Source of the DNA: Camelus dromedarius
Lineage: Eukaryota
Direction: 5' to 3'
Assembly: GCF_036321535.1 (NCBI RefSeq)
Contig: NC_087437.1
Span: forward strand, 74,650,001-74,714,000
DNA length: 64,000 nucleotides
Shown piece after piece: positions 13,671 to 27,346 of the stretch. The position numbers and the translations under genes are program-made. The notes beneath the pieces were generated by a model. It saw nothing but the letters and a program-made list of their open reading frames with translations, had not been told where the DNA came from and made no database searches. Position 1 is the stretch's first letter. Each line of letters begins with the position of its first letter.

Positions 13671-14153
13671 TAACTTAGTATCTTGGAGCAGTTGGTTCCT
13701 CCCAAATCCCACCCAGCACAGGAATGAGCCCCTTAGGCATTTCCCGCCAGCCCTTTAAGTCACTTACGTCTATGACTTCTGGAGCCAACAATTAGGGTCC
13801 TATGATCCCTAAGTTTTAGCAAAAGGTCTACCAACATCTCTCCCTTTAATAAAGTGATTTCTTTTCACATTAAACTTCTAATCTTGGGGCAAGATGAGTA
13901 TAAAGGGAAAGGGACACTCCAAATTTTCACACATCGATTTAGCCTCAGGGCTTCAACGTAGTACTGCAAAAGGTTTAGCTTAAATTGCCTTTCTATAGTG
14001 TCATTACTAATTTAAGAGGGAAACTACCAAGACAATATCTCATTTTCTTTAGGTTTTCTAGACTTTGAGCCTCAAAAAGTAGTAATCATTTTAAATTTAG
14101 CGCTTGACAACTTTTTAGCAAAAGCTTTGAAACTACCTATGAAAAATCAGAAT

Positions 14154-14227
14154 GGGGTGGAGGGGGTAGAGCTCAGTGGAAGAGTGCATGGAGGATGTCC
14201 TGGGTTCAATCCCCAGTACCTCCATTT

Positions 14228-14295
<68 letters not shown>

Positions 14296-14340
14296 ACCTA
14301 ATTACCACCCACACCAAAAAAACAAAAAACAAAAAAAGAA
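14154..14340 (+). mobile_element. tRNA-derived SINE with expanded (TAAA)n
   Basis: TSD AAAAATCAGAAT; (TAAA)n at ~14229-14296. Confidence 0.9.
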
Positions 14341-14486
14341 AAAAATCAGAATAGAATGATAAATAACTTCATGAGTATGAAAACTTTATTCAAAACTAAT
14401 CTAAAATAATTAGATTGGGAGGGGAATGGAAAGTTAGGACACATTTCCTTGACTAATGATAAATATGACTATTTACTGACCAATAC

Positions 14487-15117
14487 CGTTACCTGAAAAA
14501 GTAGGTTCACCTTTGGTGGGTGACGTGCTAAAAGACACAACCAAGTCAAAGATCAGGAGAAGGTGGTTTTACTACTTGCAGCAAGTAAGGGGAGCAGCAG
14601 AGATCTTTCTAAAGAAGTGTCTCCCAACAGCAAACGTGGGGAAGTTTTAAGCTACGGGTACATGCATATTCACGAAGGGGCTAGAGCAAAGAGAATTTAG
14701 CACGGATTTGGGGCAAAGGTTGCCAGAGTCCAGGCTTCAGTTGGTTGAAGTCCTGAGGGTCAGAAAAGGTCAAAATCATCATCTCTCAGATTCTGACCAA
14801 TCTGGGGTCTCAGCATGTTGTTACCATCCTCCACCTGGGTGGAGGCCTTAGGTCCTACAGAACTCAAAGATATGTATCAGATTGTTATGTATATCCCTTG
14901 AGGAGGAACTAAGGCTCTGTTTTATTGATGAACTATAGTTTCTGGACTGTTTTTCCTTTGTCCCTGCATTCCCTCAATTACTGAGACCTGCTCAAGGGCA
15001 AACATTGTGGCCAGGCTTAGATCACAAAATGGCTTAAGCCAAAAATGGTTTCTCTTCTGTTAAGAAAGGCATGCCTGGTTCTCTTTCTCCAGGGACCCCC
15101 TACCCTCTCTGCTTACA
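14487..15117 (-). mobile_element. Solo ERV1-like LTR
   Basis: Minus strand starts TGTAAGCAG; near-TSD ATAC/ATAT. Confidence 0.65.
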
Positions 15118-15878
15118 ATATTGCAATGAGAAAAGATATTTTATGAAACATTCGTGCAGTGCTTTTTCAGGAAAGCTTTAAAAAAAGAGAGAAAGGAGTT
15201 GTTACAAGCTGTTGCCTTTTACAGTGGTGACGTTATAGTCTGCCTACTTCCTAACGTTCAATCAGTGCAAAATTGTTCTACCCTTTGAGTCCATTTGGAT
15301 GGCGTTCTTCTGTTGGCTTTGAGTCTAGGCCAAGAATAATTGGAATTAATTCAGGAATTAACTTCAGTCATTCTGTAACATCTGGGCCTTTGTCTGCTGG
15401 CCTTGCTTATTCTTGCAGTCACAGCAATCATCAGTACTACGCTTGGATACTTTGAATTTAATTGCCCTCCAAAGGACTGGTTTTTCTACTTTAAGTACTG
15501 TCATCTTAAGGCCCTGTAACACAATCAGTAACTTCATTACATATGCATTATATTTTCCATGCTTTGTCCCCATCAAGTTTATTCCTGCCCTAGGGCCTTA
15601 GCACAAGCTCTGGCCTCTGCCTAGAAGGTTCTTGCCTCAGCTCTTGATATAACTGGCTCCTTGTTATTTAATTCTATTTATATGTTCCTTCCTTGAAGAG
15701 CCTTTGCCTGACCACTCAATCTAAAGTAGTCCCCCAGACACCCTCTACCACACCCCTCTGTGCTATTTCCCCCAGCACTGGGCACTGTCTGAAATGGTTT
15801 GGCTTATTTTTTTCTCCTTTCCCTAAAATGAAGCTTCCTATGCTCAGGGTCCTTGTCCTTTTACAGCTTTATTCCTAG

Positions 15879-16377
15879 TGAGATAGGAGGGAAGGGGGCA
15901 GGACACAACCATTAAAAGAATGACATAGCAGTTAGCACCAAGATGGTGGAAGACTCAATTCCCAGTAGACCTTGAGCTTCAGTAGACGCTCACTGAAATA
16001 CAATAGCTGCTAACTGGTACTCCCACAGGTGCCAGGACAGTCTTAAGGCTGACCATTAAAGTTCGAAGGGTGAGTGATGGCCCAGTTCCTCGGAGTCCCA
16101 CGCCCTTCCCCAAAGTAGCTAGAATAATCCTCCCACTTGTTAGCATATGAAGTTACTGTGCCCATAAGAACTGGCAACACCGCTCCTCACAGCCGCTCTC
16201 CCTTCTGAGTGAGATGGCCCACACTCTGCCTATGGAGTGTGTATCTCTCTGAATAAATCTACCTTTACTCAACTGTGGCTCACTCTTGAATTCTTTCCTG
16301 CCCAAAGCCAAGGACCCTCACTTGTCGAGACCTGGGACACGGCCAACCTCTCGCCCCACATTCCTTCCCCGGAATCA
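15879..16377 (+). mobile_element. Solo ERV1-like LTR inserted in an L2 fragment
   Basis: TG...CA, perfect TSD CTAG, AATAAA at ~16252. Confidence 0.88.
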
Positions 16378-17862
16378 CTAGCACCTAGAATTCTGAGACA
16401 CAATGAGCACCCAATAAATACTGCCAACTGCCTTTCTGAAAAATGGTGCAGACTTGCTGTCACCATCTCATCCAGTTGTGGTAACTGGAATAAAACATTA
16501 CGAATCTTTACTTTTAATGCATCAGTAAGACAACAGAAACTTTTTAATATATTAAGGCTCTTCAAAAGACTTAAATTACAGTTCCTCAATAATGAAACAT
16601 CAAATGATGGAAGTAAAATTGCAAACCTGAGGAATTTTTTTTCCCTCAAAGTCAGAGGATAACGAAAAAGAGATTGGATATTTGATGCCATTTTAATTTC
16701 TGTCACTGTGACTAAAACTCAAATTGGATTCACTGTCTCAGAAAGACATCCCAGGCCACGGTGATATAAAATATAGAGAGGCTCAAGAAAAGAAATCTTG
16801 GCAAGAAGGGCATCTTAATAATATTGATAACTCAGAGCATTTTACAAGTAAACCTATCTCAAAGAAAAGTTTTTTTACAGTCATGGATCTGTAACGGGTG
16901 ACTAATATATTTTTCTGTTTTGTTTCTGAAAAAAGAAATTGCGTATGCTTTGCCTTGTAAGCACTACTGATAATCCGATAAACCACTGCAATTTTAAAAG
17001 GAAGACAAATTTGCTGTTTTTTATACCATAATCCACTGCCAGGGTTAATACACCATTTAGGTTTTCTATAAACCTTCTTCTCATATTCCTGACTGCCTTA
17101 ATTCCAACTGTATATTCCCATACGTTTAGAGGAGGATTTTTTTTTTAACTATATCTCTGGTTTTCACTTATAACATTACTTATTTTGGGTCTTCTGTTAC
17201 TTAGAAAAATGAAGAGATCATCCACTACTTGGACTTTTGTTTAGCTTGTGAGGTGTTTAGCTTGTTAGGTATTTAACTTGACTCTGATGTGCCAGATGTT
17301 ATCCAGTTGGCAAAGCAGTGCTTTCTTACCCATCTGTGTGCTCATCTCGCTACTTAATTCTCCAGCTGTATTGCTCTCTGCCTCTTTGTATAAATAACAG
17401 TATCTAAATGTTTCCCAAGAAACAAGCTTTTACTTCTTTGTCCGCAAAGAACTTGGGAGTCATCTGCACTCACCTCCCAGGACACTCTGGATCTCCTCCC
17501 ATGGTACTAAAAACATCACAGTTGCAATACTGTCATCCTGTCTGTAAGGGTAGACAGTTCTGAAGCTGATTAAATCAACCGGAATTAACAGCTTACTTCC
17601 AAATTCATCTAGGCACTGTGAAGAGCTTTAGCAAAGATGTTTCCCTTCCTGAAGAATGCACATAGATTATTTATGCAAATTAAGAGTAAGTCATGCTGCA
17701 CTAGCATCAGTGAATGATGAAAGTATGTTTAAAATCATTTTCCCAAACCCCGGAACCCACTGAAAAATTCTAATGTCATTAACAATTGTTATATATTTAA
17801 ATAATCTAAGCTTATCAGTCAACTATACCAGTAGAGCTCATCACTTTAAAATTAATTATTTA

Positions 17863-18690
17863 ATGCAAATCAAAACTACAATGAGGTTATTACCTCACCT
17901 CACACCAGTCAGAATGGCCAAGACTAAAAACTCCATAAACAATAAATGCTGGAGAGGGTGTGGAGAAAAAGGAACCCTCCTACACTGTTGGTGGGAATGT
18001 AGGTTGGTGCAGCCATTGTGGAAAACAGTATGGAGATTCCTTAGAAAACTAAACCTAAAGTTACCGTATGACCCAGCAACCCCATGCCAGAGCATATAAC
18101 CAGAAAAGACAAAAACTCTAATTTAAAACGAGACATGCACTCTGATGTTTGTAGCAGCACTATATACAATAGCCAAGACTTGGAAGCAACCTAAATGTCC
18201 ATCAGCAGATGACTGGATAAAGAAGTTATGGTATATTTATAGAATGGAGTACTACCCAGCCTTAAAGAAAGAATAAGATGCCGTTTGCAGCAATGTGACT
18301 GGACCTGAAGACCATCATACTAGGTAGAGTAAGCCAGAAAGAGAAAGAAAAATACCATATATCAGTTTAATGTGGAATCTGAAAAAAAGACACAAACTTA
18401 TTTACAAAACAGAAACAGAGTCACAGACATAGGGAACAAACTTATGGTTACTAGAGGGAAAGGGGTAGGAAGGAACAAACTGGGAGTTCAAGATTTGCAG
18501 GCATTAATATGTATAAAATAAACAACAAGTTTATACTGTATAGCACAGGGAACTATATTCATCTTGTAGTAATCTATAATGAAAAAGAATATGAAAAGGA
18601 ATACATGTATGTATATGTATGACTGAAACATTATGCTGTGCACAAGAAATTGACACAACATTGTAAACTGACTATACTTCAATAAAATTT
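17863..18690 (+). mobile_element. 5-prime-truncated LINE-1 (end of ORF2 plus 3-prime UTR)
   Basis: MQIKTTMR...[34 protein letters not shown] is the L1 ORF2 C-terminal Cys-rich region; ends cttcaataaaa. Confidence 0.93.
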
Positions 18691-20209
18691 TAAAAATTTT
18701 TTAATTATTTAGACAATGTCCTTATTAGTTAATATCTCCTTTACAAATGCTCAAACTGAGAAGTAACTCCTGATTCACTAGAATAGGGAAGAAAAACAAT
18801 TATTTATATAATAATAACTAATGTTAATTGAGTGGCTACTATGTATCAGATGCTGTGTAAAGAGATTTATATGATCTTTTTAATCCTCAGAAGGATCCTC
18901 AGGTTGATAGTATTAATACTGCCATTTAACAGAAAAGTAACCTGATAATTACTTTGCCTAAGTTCACATGGTGGGTAAGCAATACAGACAAGATGCTAAA
19001 TAGAATATCAGGACAATAAAAATTTACCTTGAATTTTTAAAGTTTCATAAATTAGGATTAAGAGAGGAAAAGCTTTGGAGGCTGGGTTTCTTTTTCTATT
19101 TTTTATGAGGATAACTTAAACACACACAAAGTGGAGAGAACATTGTAATGTATTTCCATAAACCAATTATCCAGATATATATTACCAATTTTTGTCACAT
19201 TCCTTCATCTATTTTCCCTCTGCAAGCCTATTTTAAGACAGATCCTAGATATCCTATTATTTCTAGATGTTTTAGCATGCATTTGTTTAAATTATGGCCA
19301 TTTTCTTACTGCCTGAAATGTCATCATCAACCAAACAAAATTAAGAATAAATCTTTGATGTTGGCTAATACCTGGCTCATGTGTTTCCCTGTCTTAAAAT
19401 TTTCTTTTCCATTTAGCTTGTTCAAACCAAGATCTAAACATGGCCCACATATCACATTTGCTTGTTATAATTCTTAAGTCTGAGTCTAAAGTAGATTACT
19501 CAAACTTTTCCCCCGTCACTGAGTTATCCTGTAGAATATTCTGTATTCTGAATGTGCCTGTTTCTTTCCCTATGCAGTCACTTTATTTGTTTCTCTCTCC
19601 TATAGTTTTTGTAAATGGAAGTGTGCCCCAGAGTCCTGATTAGACTCAAGCTCACTATTTTGGGCAATAATACTTAGTGTGTGGTGTTATTCATGTTGCT
19701 TCACATCAAGCACCACAATGTCTGACTGTTGCTCTGTATTTATGTAGATTGATCAGTGGATTCGTGCAGGAACTGCTGAAATCCTCCATTGTAAAGATTA
19801 CCATCAGCCTTTCACCTACTAGTTTGGTCCATTGATGATTGCTGCCTGAACATTAGGAGTTGCAAAATAATGACTTTCTAATTCTGTCATTCCTTCCATA
19901 TTCTCTACCAGTCACTTCGGTAGAGGAGAACTTTACAACACTTCCTGGGGCTATTGCAAAACCTGACACATGGTACAGGGAAAGCTTAATTCTTTTTGTT
20001 TAATTATAAAATTTACAATAAAAAGTTCACATCTTCGCAAGTACCAATGCTATCCAATGAGTTGGAAGAAATGAAGTTGGTGGGGACTGAGAGGCTTGCT
20101 CTCTTTCTTTCCCTCTCATTAGTTCCCTTAGGAATTTACCACTCTCTATTAATAAATACACGTCTACATCATCAGTTTCAATGGTGTTTACAGTTCTACT
20201 GTGGGCTGG

Positions 20210-20405
20210 ATAAATGGTTGTCAAAATGTGTCTCCCTGGACCAGCACCATCAGCATCACCTGGGAACTTACTAGAAATGCAAAATGCAAATCTTCCACCT
20301 TCACTCTAGACCTACCGAATCTGAAACTCTGTAGGTAAAGCCCAGCAAACTGTTCTAACAAGCCTTCAAGGCAGTTCTGATACCCACCAAAGTTTGAGAA
20401 CCAGT
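20210..20405. mobile_element. MER5A-like element
   Basis: ggaccagcaccatcagcatcacctgggaactt...aaagtttgagaaccagtg; similar relics near 11990-12300, 23650-23810, 37970-38120, 53740-53830. Confidence 0.65.
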
Positions 20406-20703
20406 GAGCTAAATCATGTTTGAGTTAAACACTGATTTATTGTTGCTATTATAACCTTGTGTCACACCTCCCAACCTCATATGCTTCACTTTAGAATGAC
20501 AAGCTTGTTTTATATCCTTTTCGAGTGAGGCCATAATTGTGTAATGGCTTTTTTTTTTGGCTTTATTATTTTCTTACTATCTATAATTTCAATGTGCTCA
20601 TCTCAGAGTTTGGCAAACACAGTTTTAATTCTTTTATTTTTCTTGCGTAATTTCTAAGTAGAAATGGTAAAATATTTATATGAATCATAAAAACAAGTAT
20701 CCA

Positions 20704-20789
20704 TTTTTTTTAAATGGAGGTACTGGGGATTGAACCCAGGATGTCATACGCACTAAGCGTGCACTCTGCCACTGACCTATACCCTCCCC
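20704..20789 (-). mobile_element. tRNA-derived SINE (Vic-1-like)
   Basis: atggaggtactggggattgaacccagg. Confidence 0.85.
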
Positions 20790-23436
20790 AACAATTTTCC
20801 AATTTCCATGTAAAAAAATGTGATTTATTTATTTCTCAAATAGGAAGACAATAAGGTAGAAGGAAGGTAGAGTTCATTTATAATTGCTGCTTTGCTTAGA
20901 AGTGGGAAAAAAAATGTATTGCTTCCCAGAGCAAAGTCAGTACCTTCAAAAACATGTACACTTAAATTTGTCTTTTAAACCATGTATTACTTGAGATCAT
21001 CATTACATCCAAAGCAGATACTGTATCTATAGTAGAATCACTGAGAAAGACACTTGCTTTAAAATATGAAATATTACTGTTGGAACTCTGCTGAATCTCA
21101 TGGACAATTATCAAGATGCCATTAAATTGAAAAAGAAAGTAAATATATATCTTACAACTAGTCAAGACCCAATGTTAATTTTTATTAAGGTTGAAACATT
21201 CTCCCCATGAAACAAAAGACTGTTGAGAAGATAAGAAAGAAAGTTTTTTATTTTTTTTTTTGTTTATTTATTTTGGTAAGGCAAATTTTATTATGCATTT
21301 CTTTGAAGAGAAAATCTCTCAAAAAGAAATGATCCAATATAAGATGAACATGGGCATCATACTTCCCTGAAAAGCAAGAAGGTTAACAAAGACTTACTGG
21401 GCCTGCAAAAGAAGCCATAAGAGAATAGTGCAGGTGCCAGGGATGGAATACCTTGTACTCCAGGATCTGTTCTTTATATTTTGGATTCCAACATTGAGCA
21501 CAGTTCCTGGTACATATTCCTTTTAGGTATAGGGATCTGAGAATTAGGAAAAGTAAAATCAAATTTTGATCAGAGTAATAGAAAGGGAAGTAGAAGGGCA
21601 TTAAAAAGAAATGTACCCACTTAGATGTCTTCTATTCTGTTTTCCTTACACTCATCATCATAATCCCCTCCCCTAACCTCACATCACATACCATTACCAC
21701 CATCACCACCAAAGTCCTGACTTGTCACACATATCCAACATCAATACGGTCCAACTGGAGAAGAATCTGAGCCAGTGTCAGGATTCCTGTAGCCAGGTTT
21801 GCCTTGGCAACAATGAGAAGGATTAAACAAAGCACTATAAATTTGTTCGCTTGTCCATTTAGTCACTTACTCATTACTTAGACAATATTTGTGTACTAGG
21901 CTCTTAGACAAAGACTAGCAATATAAAGTTAAATAAGACACAGTCCTTTTAATCAAGAAAAGCATAACCTAGAAAATCATTATATTACAGAATAAGAGTT
22001 ATGCAAGATCTGCAGAATTCAAGGAGGGAAGAATTAAATGGGGTGAAGCAGTCTGTCAAATAATTAACTAGGACATCTTACCAAGCTGGTTATACTTTGG
22101 ACCACTAAATGGGCTCCAGAATTCGCAATTCTAGGCTCTTTAACAAAGAAAGACATATTATGGTTCTATCCTCTCTGCTGTCTTCTGAATCTCAGTCAAA
22201 GCCTGATAGATACTTGATTACATACCTTTGGGTTTGTTTTCTGCCAGGTTGGTCATGGAAGGAAGTAACTCCTATCAACAGTTACTAAGTGCTACAATCC
22301 CTTCCACGTTCTCTTTGGTTCAAACGTGGTGTCAGTGATGACACCATGTTTCTGGAACTCACATTTAAACCTCACTTTCATAACAAATTTCAATCCCCCA
22401 ATTTCTAATAAGTTCCTATAGGATTCCACCTCAGCAAAGCTTCCCGTAACCTTCCTTGCCTCTCCGGTCCCACCAACAACCACTTCATTCTGGTCTTTAC
22501 AGTCCCTAGAAGAGAATCCCCCAATAGCTCCTTACCAGAGTAATTTTCCTAAAACACAATTCCCATCATGCATCTCTAAGAAACACAGCTGTGCTCATCA
22601 TTAAACGCTCATCAGTACTGACCCATAAACAGTCAATAAGTGTTTGTTGGAACTGACCCTTGGCTCCTGCTAATGAACTTCCCAAGGTAAGCAGAGGGGA
22701 TTTAATATTCACAGTATCTGCTTCACTATAGTATCAAGACAATGTTTATGTCCAATAGCTGGAGTTCTCTCTTCCTTTGGACAGTTGTAAATAAACTCAA
22801 ACACTGACATATTCTTTTTCTCCACCCTACCTTTGGTTTACAACAGGGCACGATCACACTGCCTCTCTGCATTTTTACCATTTTCAGATCATTATAATTT
22901 TGAAGTTTACAGACTTATTGACATTTATTGCACTTCAGGTTGGCTAATTCCTAATGGTATAAAGGGTGAGCATCTTGTCAGAAAATTACTTTTGAATCAC
23001 ATCAAATGAATGATCATACCTGTATATTCTTGCATGCTTAAAAAAGAAAAGATATATTCCATAAGGATTTTTAAGAACTTTTACTAAAGTCAAATCTAGG
23101 TCAGCACTTGTGGGGTTCATCTTACTTGTGCATCAGAACAATTGTTCACTGTCTATATAGGTTCACTAATCTGTGTAAACACGCTACTCATCATGTTTGG
23201 TATTGTGTGGGCTAATATAAGGGTCATGTGGGTTGAATGCTCTCACCTACTCTTTTTAAAACTAACTCTACACACAGGTAATGTGGGAAGCTTCCTGGGT
23301 GTGTCCTACACAAGACTCCAATGTATTTCTACCACCATTCTACCATGATTATTGCTAACTGACTGCGTTAGTCATGCTCCTTAGAGCGGAGGGATAATCT
23401 AGAAAAGAACCATAGTCTAGGATACAAGGAAACAAC

Positions 23437-23640
23437 AGCTGTGCCATCCAACATAGTAGCCACGAAGCATAGGTGGCTTTTTCATTTTAATTAAATTAAA
23501 TTAAACTTAAAATGTGGTTTATCAGTCACACTAGCTGCATTTCATATTCTCAATAGCCACATGTGGCTAGTAGCTACTTTATTAGACAGTGTATTGTATA
23601 AAATATTTCCATCATCCTAAAAAGTTCAATTGGACAACTC
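23437..23640. mobile_element. MER3-like hAT DNA transposon relic
   Basis: tccaacatagtagccac...agccacatgtggctagtagctac...ttggaca. Confidence 0.65.
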
Positions 23641-25899
23641 TCCTCTACATTCACGTGCTATAAAACTACCCGCAGGACATTTAAAAAATACAGCTTTAAA
23701 AATAACTAAGTCCCAAAGTCTTTGTATCCAGTAGATCTGAGGTAGAGATGAAGAATTTGGATTTCTAATAAGTTCCCAGTAGGTGTTGATGCTTCTGGTT
23801 AGGGTCCACACTGGGTTAGGAGTTAACATCTCAGATTACTGAGACAGAAACATCGGAGTTTGAATCTTAACCCGCCTCCTAGTAAACGTGTGATGCTGAG
23901 TAAATTTATGGGCACAAGTTTTTTCTTATCTGTAAAACAGGAACAATAACAATGCTTATTAACACAACAGTGTAAATTTAATACTTATCACATATGTGCT
24001 TAGTAAATGTTAATTGTTATAATTATCTATATCTACCTAGTTTTCCTAGTATCTGATTCTGGGACAAAATTGATTCTATTACCTAACTGATTCACAAATA
24101 CAAGTCAGTCAAGCAACAGAGAGCATTTGTGGTTGTGTGGGAAGTGAATACTACAATCACTGTCGGGGTTCTGCGTGGTCCCTAAGAAGATTCTTGGCTC
24201 TTGGGTGCTGCTGCCTGTGTCACTGGGTAAGAACATCAGAGGATTTTTAAAGACAACAGGGGAGGACAGAAACACTGAACACAAACTGTACCAGCCTTAT
24301 CACTTTCTAAGGATGGTCCTGACTCTTACGTGAAATTTAGAATATCTCTGCTCCATTCAGAGATCTTGTCTGATGAATTAGGAAGGTGTGTTTTCCTTTC
24401 TTCTGCTTGTCCTGAATCCATGCTCTGAACTAAAGGGGGATGACCTTTAACCCCAACGCACAGTCATTAATTTTGTACATAACACATTAAATTTCTCATT
24501 AGTGTGGTTTGAATGTCACAGGCTTAAAATACTTTTGGGTAAAGAAATACTCTTTTAAAATATAATCTTGTAACATAAGACACAGTGGTTAATTCACTTT
24601 AATGTTTTTTTAGCTGATTGTAAAAAAATTGCATGCTTGTTGCAGAAATTTCAAATATTACAGAAATGTCTGACAGAGAAAAATGACAATGCCCATTCTC
24701 CATTCTCCACGTTATTACTGAACAAAAACAGTGTCAGCACACACAGTGCTCTGAAATGTGGGGTTTTTTTACTTAAAAACATACCTAAGCCTTCTTTACT
24801 ATGTGAGAATACATTGTCCTACTTCATTATTTCAGTGGCTGGAAAGCACTGCATTGCATGAATGCATCACGAATTTACCTATCCAGCTCTATCTATGGCT
24901 GGGTATTTGGGATGTTTTAAGTTTTCCACTATTTCAAACAGCAAGTATTACATATTTTCTCAAGAACTTTCATATTTTGGAACATTTTTATATGTTGTAA
25001 CACATTTTCTCTTTGTAAAGATTTGTTTCACTTTTTAAACGTATATTGTCTTTGTGATGTACTGAAAAATACATTAATTTTCTTGGAAATATTCCATACT
25101 TTAGACTCTTTATTAAACTGAACTGATTGTATCCAATAATTCTGATGAATGCATGTGAAGTGTGAAGGGACACCTATGAGAGGGAGGCGGCCGGGGGAGG
25201 ACTGCGGGCCACCCTCTCCTGTCCCAGAAGTCAAGGGCCATACACGCCAGCTTCCAAGCCTGGAATCTAAGTTCTTCAGCACTAAGCCAATTACTAAGCA
25301 ATCTCACAGGCGACAGAGGCATAAACCAGAATGATGCCAATTTACAAAGACAAATGTAACCCTCAAGAGAATCAGACAAACCCTTTGGGGTGATCATTCT
25401 CTCTTTCTAGCCAAATGTTCATAAGAAGCCAGTTAAAACTCAGAATGTAATTTGGTGAATAAGAAAACTCAGCCTGAAGTGTTGGAGGTTCTCCAAGGCT
25501 GCTGTCATCAGCCCCGGACAGGAGACAGCACCTATCTTTCCCTGCTGCACAGACCCGACTGTGCTGGACAGTTGAACAGTAAAACACGTGGAAAACAGGA
25601 AATTGCACAGGTGTAATATTCAACTGTAATTTCAAATGTGGCCATTATAAGGCCCACAATACAGAAAATATGAAGTTTATATTAAACACGTAGCCCTACC
25701 TTTTTCTATCCCATGTGCTTCTCTCTTCTTGGCTTCTGGGTTTGTGTTCCTCCCTGAACCTTTTACTTTGTGCTGCTTTTTCCCCCTGTTTTGTGTCTTT
25801 GTGATTCCTCCCCTTGCTCTCTTTCCCTTCTTATCCTCTCCTTTCCACTGATAACAATGTATTATCAAAATGTATTTTCTAAAAATGAATAAGAGCTCC

Positions 25900-26661
25900 A
25901 CACCCATTTCCACCATGGGGCGGGGGTGGGGGAAAGTGTTGTCCACACCAACAAACTATTTTGACACTAACTGGATGTCCTACAGTTTAATCCAGTTCTG
26001 ATGCTATTTTCCCAGAGATAGCGTCAGATCCCACAGTCCCACAAGATGGCCCCTACCCCCCATTTCAAATGCCAGTCACAAGTCCAGGTTACCAACTGTA
26101 CTTTTAACCAACTAGCGATAGACTGAAGGTTCCAACAACCCTCTCCTCGGGTTCCAAGAAACATTTTACTTACTAGATCACAGGTTTATTCTATAAGGAT
26201 ATAACTCAGGAACAGCCAGATGGAAGAGACGCACTGAGCGAGGTATGGAGAAGGGGAGCGGAACACCCAGGCCCTCTCCAAGGGCGGAACTCTCCCAGAA
26301 CCTCTGCGAGTTCACCAACTGGGAAGCTCTCCAAGCCCCACCCTTTCAGAGTTTTTATGGCAGCTTCATTAAGCACAGTTGATTAAGTCACTGGCCATTG
26401 GTGAAAGATCAACCTCCAGCCCTTTCCCCTCCCTGGAAGTCAGGTGGGGAGGGGAGGAGGTGCTCCAATCCTCTAATCCGGTGTTTGGTTCCCCTGACAA
26501 CAAGCCCCCATCCCTAAGGGCTTTTCAGAAGTCATCTCATTAACATAACAAAAGATGCATTTACTGCTCTGTCACTTGGGAAATTCTAAGGGTTTTAGAA
26601 GCTCTGCCAAAAAAACTGGAATGAAAACTAAATATTTCTTATTATAAATCACAATATCACA
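25900..26661 (-). mobile_element. MER21-like LTR
   Basis: Ends tataaatcacaatatcaca; internal blocks resemble recalled MER21 family; left boundary approximate. Confidence 0.6.
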
Positions 26662-26910
26662 AGAAAGGTCCAAGACACTGCCATTTTTTGAGATTCCATG
26701 TATATTGAAAGTGAAGAAATGACAACACAAATTTACAGAAAATGTATAATCGTAAAAAGTATTTCTACCAGTTAAATTGCATGATTGATATATTTTTCTT
26801 TTAATCCTGAGAGTATATCTCTGGCTATATGGATAACCTCATTTGGAGATCTCTGAACTGTCTAAATGTGAGGCTCTGAGAATGTGAAGGCTGGATCTCT
26901 TGGTTTCCTT

Positions 26911-27346
26911 TGTAATATTGACCAAAAAAGTCAATCGATCTAAGAAAGAGGTCAAAATTTTTGCTAGAGCCAAATTTAAGATTGTAACCTGGGAACAGCC
27001 TCTCAGAAAGCTCCAAGAACTCTTCTACCCTAGAAGTCAAAGCCCAGTTACGTAAGTTTTTGAGACAGACACCTGTACATTAAAGTGATATATTATTGAC
27101 AGTTTGTATTAACCAGATCTACATGTACAAAGCGAATAGTAAGTCACTGCGGCCCTTTACAGGAGTAAGAAGGTAATCTAAGGAGTTGTGACCCTTGATG
27201 AGATAAGAAGAAATCTTATCTCCTAGGGAAGCCTGGTTACTGCAGATGTACAATACACACTAAAGGGGTGGAAACCAAAACAGGCAAAGAGAAATCTTAC
27301 TTTTAAACTTTTTTGATCTTACCATAAGATATGAATTTTATTTCAT
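26911..27346 (-). mobile_element. Solo ERV1-like LTR
   Basis: TG...CA-bounded segment ending gatatgaattttatttca. Confidence 0.55.

Noticed and set aside
17773..18099. 108-aa ORF as a host gene
   Set aside because: L1 ORF2 C-terminal fragment
21240..21600. Antisense retrocopy or coding exon after a T-rich tract
   Set aside because: No TSD or recognisable protein; the core resembles an L2 3-prime end
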